Assembly (NCBI GenBank): GCA_027452205.1
Contig: DAIDGV010000003.1
Coordinates: 201,399 to 265,398 of the forward strand
From: a candidate division FCPU426 bacterium
Lineage (GTDB): Bacteria > Oederibacteriota > Muellerivitia > Muellerivitales > Muellerivitaceae
Length of the DNA stretch: 64,000 nt
Reading direction: 5' to 3'
How positions within the stretch are numbered: position 1 is the first letter of the stretch; each line of letters begins with the position of its first letter. Both the position numbers and the translations under genes were made by a program. The notes under the pieces were generated by a model. It was given only the letters and a program-made list of their open reading frames with translations, ran no database searches and was not told where the DNA came from. Positions 50,955-61,265 of the stretch are shown piece by piece.

Positions 50955-51775
50955 GAACGCCCCTTGGTGCTCTTTTTCTTCAGCAAGACCACATCGCCCG
51001 AAAGCACTTTTCGGGAAAGCCCGTCCTTGTCCGTTACCAACAAAAAACCATGCTCATCGATATCCTTCACTTGTCCCTCAAAGGACCCAGCCCCGTTCTC
51101 GACCAGAACCTTCTGGCCCAAGGTTACGGATCTTTTTCGCCATTCTTTCAGGACCCGGGCGAACTTACCCTCATCCCACCAAGTGCAGGTCTTTTCCAAG
51201 TTTTTCATCAGTTCTCGAAGGAACTCCACCCGGTCCACCTTTTTTCCCGAGGCCCGGTAAAAACTGGTCGCCAAAGCCCGTATCTCCGTCGGAAAGTCTT
51301 GGATGGATTGGTTCAGGTTGATGCCGATCCCTAGGATGACCGAAGACCTATTATCCCGCCGGGGACCCATTTCCGTCAAAATACCGCACAGCTTTTTGCC
51401 CTGGAGCTGGATGTCATTCGGCCATTTGATACCAGGCTGGAGCCCATAGCTTTCCAGGGTCAGGGCCACCCCCACCGCCGCCGCTAAAGTGATACCCGGT
51501 ATCTTGTCAGGCCTCGCTTTAGGATAAAGGATCAAGGAAAAGGCCAGAGCCTTTCCGGGAGAGGTGGTCCATCGCCGCCCCTGTCGGCCACGGCCCTTGG
51601 TTTGGGATTCGGCCAGGACCAGGGTTCCTGACGGCGTTCCCTTTCGGATCAGGTCCCCGGCTATATCGTTCGTCGAGGTCACTTCAGAAAAGGAATAGAA
51701 AGCCCGGCCAAAGCGGTGGCTGCGCAACCCCTTGGCGAAAAGCTCGACCGAAATGGGTGCGGTGCTTACTTTCAA
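50951..51775 (-). CDS. birA: biotin protein ligase, no N-terminal HTH
   Basis: STND, QTKGRGRQGRRW, KWPND and KKLCGILTE. Confidence 0.93.
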   Translation of the reverse strand: MKVSTAPISVELFAKGLRSHRFGRAFYSFSEVTSTNDIAGDLIRKGTPSGTLVLAESQTKGRGRQGRRWTTSPGKALAFSLILYPKARPDKIPGITLAAAVGVALTLESYGLQPGIKWPNDIQLQGKKLCGILTEMGPRRDNRSSVILGIGINLNQSIQDFPTEIRALATSFYRASGKKVDRVEFLRELMKNLEKTCTWWDEGKFARVLKEWRKRSVTLGQKVLVENGAGSFEGQVKDIDEHGFLLVTDKDGLSRKVLSGDVVLLKKKSTKGRS

Positions 51776-52614
51776 AGCGGATAGAACTCGATGGAAAAAT
51801 CGATCGAAGGGGCTGAGTGGGTCAAGGCGCCGGAGGAAAAACGGTCCACTTTGAGCGAGGAATATTTGCCGATGTTGGAAAGGGTCAATCCACCCGAAGT
51901 TTCAACCTGCATCTTGCCTTTAACAAGTTTGAGGATACGAGCGAAATCCTTGGGTGAAGCATTATCGACCAAGATGATGTCCGCTCCCGCTCTCAAGGCC
52001 TCGACCGCCTGGTCATAGGTTTCCACCTCGACCTCGATGAATTCTTGGGTGCCATATTTCAGCCGGGCCGCCGAAACCGTCCCGAACACCCCGCCGCCCA
52101 GGCGCAAATGATTGTCCTTAATGAGCACATGACCGGACAAGTTGTAACGGTGATTGGTTCCCCCGCCAACGCGGACCGCGTAACGTTCGAGGGGCCGCAA
52201 AAGCGGGGTGGTCTTGCGGGTATCGTAAAGTTTGCCCTTGGGAAGGACTTTGGCGAATTGGTTCGTTAAAGTGGCAACGCCTGATAAACGACTGAGCAGG
52301 TTGAGCGAAACCCGTTCACCGGATAAAAGGGCTTGAGCAGGCCCTTCGAGCAGAGCCACTTTCATTCCCTTGCGGACCTTGGCCCCTTCTTTTTGTAACA
52401 GCTTTACTTTTACACGCTTGTCCAAAAGCCCATAGATTTCTTTCACCAAAGGCAGACCCGCTAAAACACCTTCGGCCTTGGCCAACACTTCCCCCCGGGC
52501 CCGTGCAGAGGAAGAAATGACCGCTTTCGATGTGCGATCATTCCAAACCCCATCCTCTTTCAGGGCTTCACGCAGGAAAGAGCGAGTCAACTTCCAATCA
52601 AAGTTTTCTTTCAA
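51772..52614 (-). CDS. nadC: quinolinate phosphoribosyltransferase
   Basis: ALKED, GER, TRKTTP, HRYNLS, LIKDNH, EVEVE and SGG; TTG start after GAGG. Confidence 0.95.
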   Translation of the reverse strand: MKENFDWKLTRSFLREALKEDGVWNDRTSKAVISSSARARGEVLAKAEGVLAGLPLVKEIYGLLDKRVKVKLLQKEGAKVRKGMKVALLEGPAQALLSGERVSLNLLSRLSGVATLTNQFAKVLPKGKLYDTRKTTPLLRPLERYAVRVGGGTNHRYNLSGHVLIKDNHLRLGGGVFGTVSAARLKYGTQEFIEVEVETYDQAVEALRAGADIILVDNASPKDFARILKLVKGKMQVETSGGLTLSNIGKYSSLKVDRFSSGALTHSAPSIDFSIEFYPL

Positions 52615-52651
52615 TTAACGACCTCAAATCATCAGGATTCAGTCCACTAAC

Positions 52652-53500
52652 CTAACCCACCATATATCTTTCCACTTTACTCGGTGCGGCGTTCATCAGG
52701 TAAACGGTGTCGTTTTGGCAGCCGATATATACAGAAGTTCCATCGTCACTGAGGGCTGGTTTGCCGATGGTCGGGCTATAAACACGGCTGGTCCAAAGGG
52801 GGGTCACTGAAGAAGTGGTTGGCAAGGCCGGGAAACAATATAAAACGCCGTCATTGGAGCCAACAATGACGGCATCGGTGCTCGTTCCGTTTTGGATCAA
52901 CCCTTCCGTCGGTGAGGACAAAATGGCGTCGCTGGTCTGGTATTGCCAGATCAGGTTTCCGTTGATATCCATCGCACGGAACATACCGTCACTGGACCCA
53001 AAGTAAACCCGGCTATTCGTGCCCTCTCTTAAAACAGCGGGGCTGGAGTAAATTTCACCCTGGGTTTGGTAGCTCCAGCGTTGACTGCCATCAAAGGTAT
53101 TGAGGGCCAAAAGCTTGCCCTGGGTAGTCCCAACGAACAAAACCCCTTGATTTGTGGCACTTTCAGCGCCATTCAAGCCGGTAAAAGGCGCGTCAGGGAC
53201 CGTGTTTGAGCCCAGATCCAGCACCGCCGGAGGGGATGAATAGGTCACATTGGGCTGACCCAAGGGTGACACCCATTTTTGTTGGAAGAAAGGGTTATCG
53301 AGATGTTGGTTAAAGCCGGTGTTATCGGGGTTATAGCGGTATTGCACCCAGGAATTAGGATTCGAGGGCGTGAGCGTGGCCGTGGGCGTGTTTTGAGCAA
53401 AAGCCGGAGCCGTTGCAAAAAAAATAAAAAAACAAACAGTTATAAAAAACCGTTTATTTTCTTCCGCCTTAAAATATTGACGTCTTATATTTTTCAACAA
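52652..53500 (-). pseudogene. exported PQQ/BamB-type beta-propeller protein, apparently C-terminally truncated
   Basis: Signal peptide; WVQYRYNPDNTG; about 4 blades (SSP...VxxGSxDG...W); ends early in a blade. Confidence 0.55.
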
Positions 53501-53547
53501 CTCTATCCATTCAGATATCAGGTCAATTATTCAGAAACCTAATACCG

Positions 53548-53787
53548 TCAAAAATTCTTAATCATTAAATAAACACCCAAAACCGTAATCACCGTTCCCA
53601 AAATATAATTTCTGACACGCATCAAATTTTCAGATGTATTCATATTCCAAAAATCATTGATTTCACAAAACATTTTCGAAATCCTTCTATTGAAAATTAG
53701 AAAAAAAAACCCTGCTAAAAAAAACGCAAAGGATTCAAAAAAATAAATTTTTCCCAAAAACCAATTACCCATTTTCAACATCTCCAT
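53548..53787 (-). CDS. small AT-rich two-TM protein, putative immunity protein
   Basis: Directly downstream of Rhs-CT; two hydrophobic helices; 14/60 GC at 53701-53760. Confidence 0.6.
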   Translation of the reverse strand: MEMLKMGNWFLGKIYFFESFAFFLAGFFFLIFNRRISKMFCEINDFWNMNTSENLMRVRNYILGTVITVLGVYLMIKNF

Positions 53788-53798
53788 AAAAATTATAG

Positions 53799-55202
53799 CT
53801 ATCTGTTATCCGTTCCATCCCATTCCGTGTTTTGGTTATAGGGCGCATTTGGCGGTATCACAAACCGGGTTGGCTGATACTGGATAGAAGGATAAACTGT
53901 AACAACTCCCCCACTCAGTCCAAGCGTACCAGCGCCAAATTCGGTTGAACTAGGCGGTTGAAAAACAGGCGTGCCCTGATTAAAGGTTATTTGTCCACCT
54001 GTAGATGCTGCCCCACCAGCTGCTAAACCCGCAGTCCAATAATCGCCAGGAGTTGGCACACTATTCATAGAACCCGTTAGGGAGATTCCAGGCCCAAAAG
54101 CACCTGCCCCCAAATACGGTATTATCAAACCAGTGTCAGATTGAATTATTATCCCGGCTGTCACTCCAATATAATCGTTGCCAAAACTGACATTCAGATT
54201 GTTATAACCTGGTGGCACCGTAGATCCCGGCGCATTGGAAGTTGCCGCAACTGGATAACTAAGATTATTACCAGATCCATCGTTAGTAGTTGGCGTTGGT
54301 GTAGCTGTAGATGTTTGCATACCTGTTGACGTTGCGGTTGGCGGACACAATCCCAAGAAATCTATGCCGTTAATTGGATTATTGAAAACATATCCATAAA
54401 GATTCAAACCGCCTCTAATGTCCACTGAATCTTGCGTCATAAATCTGCCAGCGTTTGGGTCATACCAACGGTTGCGCATGTAAGTTAAACCAACCGAAGC
54501 CTCGTTTTCCGAACCCATTTTCCCAATAAACTGATAGTGATTGTCCCTGGTGTTTCCTCCGCTCAAGGTCGTACCAAAAGCGTCATAACGATAGCTGTCT
54601 GAAATATTCCCGCCCGCGTCCGTGACATTCGCCACGGAAGCCAACCCATCAAAGTGGAAATAACTCACCCGAGGGATGTAGTTGGTTTTGGGGGTAAATA
54701 TCTGGGACAAATTAACGGTATGAACCACGTTATTGGCCGTTTGGCCTTCGTTGCCGTCTTGATCCACCACGCTTCCCTTGCTCCACAAGTATTGATGGGT
54801 GTCTGGTTCGCCCTTGGGACCGGCTTGGGTATTACTGATCTTCATACCCGTATAGTCATAGCCATAAATAAAGTGTTGGCCGTTATACAAAGTAGCTGTC
54901 GTTAAACGGTTTTCCGTGTCATAGGTATAGGTCGTGGTTTGGCTGGTCGAAGTATCGGTCTTGGTCAGCGGGTTTCCATTGCCGTCGTAGGTGTAGCTCA
55001 CCGTACCGGCCGTCAACAACTTGTTCGCCGCGTCATAGCCATAAGTGGTCGTGATGGCCCCCACCGTCATACTGGACCGGTTACCCGCGTTGTCATAGTT
55101 ATAGCTGACCGCCTTCAAAGTGCGGTCATTCCATGCTCCGTCCTCTTTCAAGGCTTCGTATAAAAAAGGATGAGTGGACTTCCACATGATTTTTTTGGTC
55201 AT
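53799..55202 (-). CDS. chimeric NadC(1-32)::Rhs core-end plus C-terminal toxin-like domain
   Basis: YD repeats; YRYDAFG, YMRNRWYDPNAGRF and NLYGYVFNNPINGIDFLGL; N-terminus matches NadC. Confidence 0.85.
   Translation of the reverse strand: MTKKIMWKSTHPFLYEALKEDGAWNDRTLKAVSYNYDNAGNRSSMTVGAITTTYGYDAANKLLTAGTVSYTYDGNGNPLTKTDTSTSQTTTYTYDTENRLTTATLYNGQHFIYGYDYTGMKISNTQAGPKGEPDTHQYLWSKGSVVDQDGNEGQTANNVVHTVNLSQIFTPKTNYIPRVSYFHFDGLASVANVTDAGGNISDSYRYDAFGTTLSGGNTRDNHYQFIGKMGSENEASVGLTYMRNRWYDPNAGRFMTQDSVDIRGGLNLYGYVFNNPINGIDFLGLCPPTATSTGMQTSTATPTPTTNDGSGNNLSYPVAATSNAPGSTVPPGYNNLNVSFGNDYIGVTAGIIIQSDTGLIIPYLGAGAFGPGISLTGSMNSVPTPGDYWTAGLAAGGAASTGGQITFNQGTPVFQPPSSTEFGAGTLGLSGGVVTVYPSIQYQPTRFVIPPNAPYNQNTEWDGTDNR
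55106..55202 (-). repeat. divergent direct repeat of the nadC 5' end (partner at 52518-52614)
   Basis: Ungapped 97-bp alignment, 67/97 nt and 21/32 aa identical by hand count. Confidence 0.9.
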
Positions 55203-55203
55203 A

Positions 55204-57867
55204 TCAGTTCTCGAGAAACTTCAAGTTGTGGTCGATCCGGACGATCTTGTCCTTGGTTTCTCGCAACTTTGTCTTTTCACCATCGATCAGTTCCGCTGGC
55301 GCATTCTTGACGAATTGCTCATTGGCCAACTTGCCTTGGATGGATTGGACATATTTTTCGAGCTTTTGCTTTTCCTTGATCTGTTTGGCGGCCTCGGCCT
55401 TGATATCGATGAGCCCTTCCAGATGGATATAGACCTCACCGCCCTTCACCACCGCCAAAGAAGTTTTGGGAGGGCGTGAAGAAGCCAACGAGATGTCGTT
55501 TACACGACAAAGGGTCTTCAAAATGGCCGACACTTGGGAGGCTGGATCGAACTTCACACTATCCCCATGGGTGGAAAGCTTCAGTTGGGCCGAAGGCGGT
55601 ACATTCAGCTCGCTGCGGCTGGTGCGAATAGCCGTCACCACTTCTTGCAAGAACTCGAATTCAGCCACGGCTTTTTCATCCATCGGATAATCCGATGATT
55701 TGGGCCAAGAGGCCTTCATGATGGTTTCGGGATGGCCAGGCAGCTTTTGCCAAAGTTCTTCGGTCACAAAAGGCATCACCGGGTGCAGCAAGCGTAATAC
55801 GCCGTCAAACACCGTCAAAATGACCGATGCGGCCAGTTTCTTTTCTTCAGAATTGGCTTCGGCATAAAGCCGAGGCTTGACCGATTCCAGATACCAGTCG
55901 CAAACCTCGTTCCAAAGGAAGCGATAGAGGGTCGCGGACAGTTCAGCCACTCGGTATTTTTCGTAATCCGGCGTCACCGAGGCGATGGTCTGGCTCAAAC
56001 GGGTCAATATCCATTTGTCTTCCAGCCTCAGCTTGTTCCAATCCGCTTTTTGCAGTGGCTTCACTTCGGTCCCATCCTCGAGTCCCATCAGTACGAACCG
56101 GGTGGCGTTATAAAGCTTATTCACGAAATTCCGGGACGATTCCAACTTTTGAGGGGTCAAGGCCACATAGCGCTGCTTGGTCTCGATGCTGGTCAAGGTA
56201 AAGCGCAGGGCGTCGGTACCGTACTTGTCGATCATGTCCAAGGGGTCCACCACATTGCCCTTGGATTTGGACATTTTCTTGCCCTCTTCATCGGCCACCA
56301 GCGAATAGATATAGACCTCTTTGAAAGGCACCTTGCCCATGAACTTGATGCCCATCATCATCATGCGGGCGACCCAGAAGAAGAGAATGTCCCAACTGGT
56401 CACGAGGACCGATGTCGGATAGAAAATTTCCAAGTCCTTCGTTTTTTCAGGCCAACCCAGGGTGGAAAAGGGCCAAAGGCCGGAGGAGAACCAGGTATCC
56501 AACACATCCGGATCCTGCTCAAAGCGGGTCTGTTGGCACTTAGGACACTCTTTGGGAACGCTCGTCGCAGCTACTTGGGTCGAGCAGTTGGCGCAGGTGT
56601 AGACCGGAATGCGGTGACCCCACCAAATTTGTCGGCTAATGCACCAGTCCTGGATGTTGTTGAGCCACTTCTCATACTCACCGCGCCACATCTCGGGCAC
56701 GAACTTGGTTTCACCCTTATCCACCGCCTCCAATGCCTTTTCGGCCAGGGGTTTCATCTTCACGAACCATTGTTTGGAATAAAAAGGTTCCACCACCGTA
56801 TCGCAACGATAGCAATGTCCCACGTTGTTCTCATGGGGCTCGATCTTGATGAGAAATTCCTTCTCTTCCAGGTCCGCCACGATCTTCTTACGGGCCACGA
56901 AACGGTCCATGCCCTGATAAGCGCCCGCGTTCTCATTGAGCGTGCCATCCGGGTTGAGGATATTGATGCGTTCCAGGTTATGCCGCACACCCACCTGAAA
57001 GTCGTTGAAATCATGGGCTGGAGTGATCTTCACCACACCTGTTCCGAATTCCTTATCGACATAATCGTCCGCGATGACCGGAATGGCCTGGTTGACCAGG
57101 GGCAAGGTCACTTTCTTGCCCACCAAGGACTTATAACGCTCGTCCATCGGGTTCACCGCCACCGCCGTATCACCCAAGAGGGTTTCCGGACGGGTGGTCG
57201 CCACTTCGAGAAACTTCGTCGGGTCATCCACATAAGGATAACGGATGTGATAGAAGTTACCGTTCTTCGGTTTATGGGTCACCTCGATGTCCGACAAGGC
57301 CGTGCGGCAATGCGTACACCAGTTGATCAGCTTGTAATCCTGATAGATGAACTTTTCATTGAAGAGTGTGATGAAAACTTCTTGAACGGCCTTAGAGAGA
57401 CCCTCGTCCATGGTGAAACGTTCCCGGGACCAATCGCAGGAACAGCCCATAGTGCGGATCTGCTTCATAATGCGGGCCCCGTACTTCTCTTTCCACTCCC
57501 ACACTTTTTGGATAAAAGCTTCCCGGCCCAAGTCATAACGGGTTTTGCCTTCCGTCTTCGCCAGTTCCCTTTCCACCACGTTCTGGGTGGCGATACCCGC
57601 GTGGTCGCAACCCGGCAACCAAAGCACATTGAAACCGTTCATGCGTTTGAAACGGGCCAAAGCGTCCTGCAGGGTGTCGTTCAATGCATGGCCCATATGT
57701 AGGCTACCCGTCACGTTCGGCGGCGGGATGACCATACAAAAAGCGGGCTTATCGGTGGTCTGGGAGGCCTTGAAAATGCCGGACTTTTCCCAAACGTCGT
57801 ACCAACGGGCCTCGACCTCTTTGGGTTCATAGACCGGGGGTAAGGAAAATTCGTTCGTCTTGTCCAT
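55204..57867 (-). CDS. valS: valyl-tRNA synthetase
   Basis: PPPNVTGSLHMGH, DWCISRQ and KMSKS; C-terminal coiled coil. Confidence 0.98.
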   Translation of the reverse strand: MDKTNEFSLPPVYEPKEVEARWYDVWEKSGIFKASQTTDKPAFCMVIPPPNVTGSLHMGHALNDTLQDALARFKRMNGFNVLWLPGCDHAGIATQNVVERELAKTEGKTRYDLGREAFIQKVWEWKEKYGARIMKQIRTMGCSCDWSRERFTMDEGLSKAVQEVFITLFNEKFIYQDYKLINWCTHCRTALSDIEVTHKPKNGNFYHIRYPYVDDPTKFLEVATTRPETLLGDTAVAVNPMDERYKSLVGKKVTLPLVNQAIPVIADDYVDKEFGTGVVKITPAHDFNDFQVGVRHNLERINILNPDGTLNENAGAYQGMDRFVARKKIVADLEEKEFLIKIEPHENNVGHCYRCDTVVEPFYSKQWFVKMKPLAEKALEAVDKGETKFVPEMWRGEYEKWLNNIQDWCISRQIWWGHRIPVYTCANCSTQVAATSVPKECPKCQQTRFEQDPDVLDTWFSSGLWPFSTLGWPEKTKDLEIFYPTSVLVTSWDILFFWVARMMMMGIKFMGKVPFKEVYIYSLVADEEGKKMSKSKGNVVDPLDMIDKYGTDALRFTLTSIETKQRYVALTPQKLESSRNFVNKLYNATRFVLMGLEDGTEVKPLQKADWNKLRLEDKWILTRLSQTIASVTPDYEKYRVAELSATLYRFLWNEVCDWYLESVKPRLYAEANSEEKKLAASVILTVFDGVLRLLHPVMPFVTEELWQKLPGHPETIMKASWPKSSDYPMDEKAVAEFEFLQEVVTAIRTSRSELNVPPSAQLKLSTHGDSVKFDPASQVSAILKTLCRVNDISLASSRPPKTSLAVVKGGEVYIHLEGLIDIKAEAAKQIKEKQKLEKYVQSIQGKLANEQFVKNAPAELIDGEKTKLRETKDKIVRIDHNLKFLEN

Positions 57868-57887
57868 TGAAAGCTCGCTTTATTGGA

Positions 57888-58469
57888 TTACTGCGGCCGG
57901 CTGGCCGCTCCGCCCAGGTCCGCCGTGCCCAAGGCGTAATGCCCCGCCAAGGTCGGCGCGTCTTGCCCGTCCACCAACACCTTCACCTGTTTGATCTCGT
58001 AAAAATTCTGGCTCAAGGATTCGATCAGTCCCCGGATGAACAGCACCTCTTCGTAGAACCCAAAATGACCCGGGTCGATCTGCGCGGTTGAAACGTCTAC
58101 TACCGCGGTACCCTGGGGCGTGAAATAGAACTCGTTCAACTTCAGTCCCTCCGGCACGGGCACTTGGTCTTTACCGGTGCGGGGGCCATTCAAGAAGGCC
58201 AGCAGTAACTGCCGCATTTGATTGACCCGGCTCTTGCTCAAATAGATGGTTGTTTGCAGGTTGAACAAGCGGCCATTGTCCATTTCCACCGCTTTGACGA
58301 AGACCTTGCTGGGTTTGTCGCCCGGTTCGTAGAGCGGGGCGTTCCCCGTATTATGGGCCAACTCGGTCTTTTTGCCTCCGTGCCGCAGAACAAACCACAA
58401 GCCGCCGACCAACAAAAAGAACAGAACAACGACAACGGTAACTTTGATCACTGGGAATTTGGATGTCAT
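57888..58469 (-). CDS. GerMN-domain protein
   Basis: TM anchor; GP...VPEG...VVD...IESL...VKVLVDG...TLAGH. Confidence 0.8.
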   Translation of the reverse strand: MTSKFPVIKVTVVVVLFFLLVGGLWFVLRHGGKKTELAHNTGNAPLYEPGDKPSKVFVKAVEMDNGRLFNLQTTIYLSKSRVNQMRQLLLAFLNGPRTGKDQVPVPEGLKLNEFYFTPQGTAVVDVSTAQIDPGHFGFYEEVLFIRGLIESLSQNFYEIKQVKVLVDGQDAPTLAGHYALGTADLGGAASRPQ

Positions 58470-59230
58470 TTCGTGGCCCCTCCCGGCGTCGTGGACGCGG
58501 CCAAGGGAATCTGAAGATAAACGCTGACGCCTTGCACCACCTTAGCGGCGAAATCCTCCACCGCCTTATCTTCGGAAAACTTCTTTAGGTCCGAAGGCGA
58601 GGTCAAGAAAAGCGGGGTCAGTACCACTGCGGGCTTATTCAAATTACGCAGACTTTGGTGGGGCAAACAAGCGATCCGGCCATAGGGGTTCACCGTCTCC
58701 CCGCCCGTGCCACGGCTATCCGACAGGTCCGATAAGGAACCATCGATCCCCAGCTTGGCCGCCAAGTCCTGGGCCAATTTTAAACTCGCGCGATATTCGG
58801 CACCAGTGATCTGGCCCAAGGGTTGGATGCTGTCCAGTGGCACCAAGCCCATTTGGTTGGGCGGCTCCACCACAATGAAGGGACCGTTCTGGGTATGGGT
58901 CCACTCCCTGTCCGCATGCAGGACCAGGACCACCCGGGCCTTGGAGGAATTGATCTGGTTCATTCGTTCTTCGGGGTCCAATGCCTCATCCGAAGTGCGG
59001 GTTTGGATGACCTGATAGCCCGCCGCCGAAAAGGCTTTTTCCAAAGCCTCGGAGAATTTTAAGTTCCATTCTTTTTCGGTTTCGGTCCCTTCTTGAACGC
59101 CTTTATCGGACCCACCGTGGGCCGCATCGATGACGATTTGAGGCCTGTTCTCTGTATCCGCATGACACCAAGCGGCGCCCAAAAACACCGAGAGGGAGAA
59201 AAGGATGGAATACAGCGAAGCTTTCTTCAC
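58466..59230 (-). CDS. N-acetylmuramoyl-L-alanine amidase (Amidase_3) homolog
   Basis: IDAAHGG, EK, TR, ER and LHAD; catalytic Glu not evident. Confidence 0.75.
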   Translation of the reverse strand: MKKASLYSILFSLSVFLGAAWCHADTENRPQIVIDAAHGGSDKGVQEGTETEKEWNLKFSEALEKAFSAAGYQVIQTRTSDEALDPEERMNQINSSKARVVLVLHADREWTHTQNGPFIVVEPPNQMGLVPLDSIQPLGQITGAEYRASLKLAQDLAAKLGIDGSLSDLSDSRGTGGETVNPYGRIACLPHQSLRNLNKPAVVLTPLFLTSPSDLKKFSEDKAVEDFAAKVVQGVSVYLQIPLAASTTPGGATK

Positions 59231-59266
59231 GTTAGAGCCTTTAAAGGAATGTGATAAGCGAACAGG

Positions 59267-60106
59267 CTATTTGCCTTGAAATACGCCCATGGCACGGAAC
59301 TTTTTATACCGCTGCTCTTCCAGGGCCTTGGCGCTTAAACCCTTCAAACCGTCCAATTCCTTCTCAACGGCTTTTTTCAGGTTCTTGGCCGAGGTGTCAT
59401 AGTCCAATTGAGCCCCGCCTTCGGGTTCCGGGATGATGCCGTCGATGATCTTGAAGGACAAAAGGTCCGGGGCCGTCAATCGCAACACGTCCGAGGCCTG
59501 TTGCGTCCGTTCCCGGTCGTTCCAGAGGATAGCCGCGCAGCCTTCCGGTGAAATGACTGAATAAATGGAGTTTTCCATCATCAACACTTTATTAGCCACC
59601 GCGATACCCAAAGCCCCGCCACTGCCGCCTTCCCCGATGATGACCGAAACGATCGGCACCTTGAGCTTGGCCATTTCGAGCAAATTACGGGCGATCGCCT
59701 CGGCCTGGCCCCGTTCTTCGGCACCCAGCCCGGGGTAAGCCCCGGGGGTATCAATAAAGGTCACAATGGGCCGTTTGAACTTTTCAGCCAATTTCATGAG
59801 ACGTAAGGCCTTGCGGTACCCTTCCGGGTGGGGCATGGCGAAATTACGGCGGATATTCTCTTTGGTATCCCGGCCTTTTTGCTGGCCGATGACCACCACG
59901 GGATGACCGCTCAAATAAGCGAAACCGGAAACAATGGCGTGATCGTCGCTGAAGGCCCGGTCCCCATGGATCTCGCTGAACTCAGTGAAACACTTTTGGA
60001 TGTAATCCAGGGCAAAAGGACGCTGCGGGTGTCGGGCCAACTGGACCCTTTTCCAAGCCAGCGAAGCCGTCGTTTCCGCCTTGGCGGGTTTCTTTAGGAT
60101 TTTCAA
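59267..60106 (-). CDS. accA: acetyl-CoA carboxylase carboxyltransferase alpha subunit
   Basis: [23 protein letters not shown] and [12 protein letters not shown] start after GGAAAGG. Confidence 0.95.
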   Translation of the reverse strand: MKILKKPAKAETTASLAWKRVQLARHPQRPFALDYIQKCFTEFSEIHGDRAFSDDHAIVSGFAYLSGHPVVVIGQQKGRDTKENIRRNFAMPHPEGYRKALRLMKLAEKFKRPIVTFIDTPGAYPGLGAEERGQAEAIARNLLEMAKLKVPIVSVIIGEGGSGGALGIAVANKVLMMENSIYSVISPEGCAAILWNDRERTQQASDVLRLTAPDLLSFKIIDGIIPEPEGGAQLDYDTSAKNLKKAVEKELDGLKGLSAKALEEQRYKKFRAMGVFQGK

Positions 60107-60264
60107 TGTGAGGCCTTTCCCGTAAAAATGAGGGCTCATTATAAGCAGGCCTGATAAAGGGTGGCAAGGCACCTGCGGGCTAAAACCCCGGTTAAATCAA
60201 GAAAAACGGGACCTTCCACAGCCTGTCATGCTAACTTAGCTCCAATCCACCCATCGAGGAACCT

Positions 60265-61263
60265 TTGAACTTACGGCTATCGATCTTACTGCTACTGCTC
60301 TTGCCGACGGTCGCCCTGGCCGGAGAGAGCACCAATACCCTACTCAACGTTTCATACGACCCCACCGGGGAGTTCTACCAGAAATACAACCAGGAGTTCG
60401 CCCGTTACTGGAAAGAGAAAACCCGGCAAGACGTAACCATCCATCAATCTCATGGAGGGTCTGGCAAACAAGCCCGCGCGGTGATCGAAGGGCTGGAAGC
60501 CGACGTGGTCACCCTGGCCCTCGCCAACGATATCGACGCTATTTCCCAAAAAGCGGGTCTCTTACCCACCCATTGGCAGAAGCGCCTACCGCACAATTCG
60601 TGCCCTTATACCTCTACCATTGTCTTCTTGGTCCGCCAGGGCAATCCTAAGGGCATCAAGGACTGGCCCGACCTGGCCAAACCGGGCATCGGCATCATTA
60701 CCCCCAACCCCAAGACCGGCGGGGCCGCCCGTTGGAACTTTTTGGCCGCCTGGGGGTATATGATCAAGACCACCGGTAACCCGGACGCCGCCCGGGATTT
60801 CGTGACCAAGCTTTATAAGAATGTAGTTGTCCTGGATTCAGGTTCCCGGGGCTCCACGACCACCTTCGCCCAACGGGGCATTGGCGATGTGCTGGTCACC
60901 TGGGAGAACGAGGCCTATCTGGCCCGGGACGAATTTCCAGATCAACACTTTGAGATCGTGTCTCCTTCCTTGAGCATCCTGGCCGAACCAACGGTCGCTT
61001 GGGTCGATAAGGTGACCGAAAAGCATGGCACCACCGCCCTTGCCAAAGCTTATTTGGACCATCTTTATGCTAAAGATTCCCAAGATCTCATCGCCAAATA
61101 CCATTTCAGACCCTGCAAACCCAAAGCGCTGCGTCGACACGCGTCCGAATTCGCCTCGATGGAAATGTTCAGCTTATCCGACGTTTTCGAAAGCTGGAAA
61201 AAGGCCCAAGCCACCTACTTTGCCGATGGCGGAGTTTTCGATCAGATCTACGGGACACACTGA
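60265..61263 (+). CDS. sbp: sulfate/thiosulfate ABC transporter substrate-binding protein
   Basis: [24 protein letters not shown] and WENEA. Confidence 0.92.
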   Translation: MNLRLSILLLLLLPTVALAGESTNTLLNVSYDPTGEFYQKYNQEFARYWKEKTRQDVTIHQSHGGSGKQARAVIEGLEADVVTLALANDIDAISQKAGLLPTHWQKRLPHNSCPYTSTIVFLVRQGNPKGIKDWPDLAKPGIGIITPNPKTGGAARWNFLAAWGYMIKTTGNPDAARDFVTKLYKNVVVLDSGSRGSTTTFAQRGIGDVLVTWENEAYLARDEFPDQHFEIVSPSLSILAEPTVAWVDKVTEKHGTTALAKAYLDHLYAKDSQDLIAKYHFRPCKPKALRRHASEFASMEMFSLSDVFESWKKAQATYFADGGVFDQIYGTH

Positions 61264-61265
61264 CC

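Noticed and set aside
53695..53765. Poly-A tracts as a phase-variation switch
   Set aside because: They encode Phe-rich TM segments in an AT-rich gene whose frame is intact.
56050..57702. 550-aa plus-strand ORF
   Set aside because: Antisense shadow of valS with no recognisable motifs.
60162..60177. Possible sigma54 promoter for sbp (TGGCAAGGCACCTGC)
   Set aside because: Only the GG-N10-GC core matches, and it overlaps a likely sigma70 -35 (TTGCCA-18-TATAAT) of accA on the other strand.
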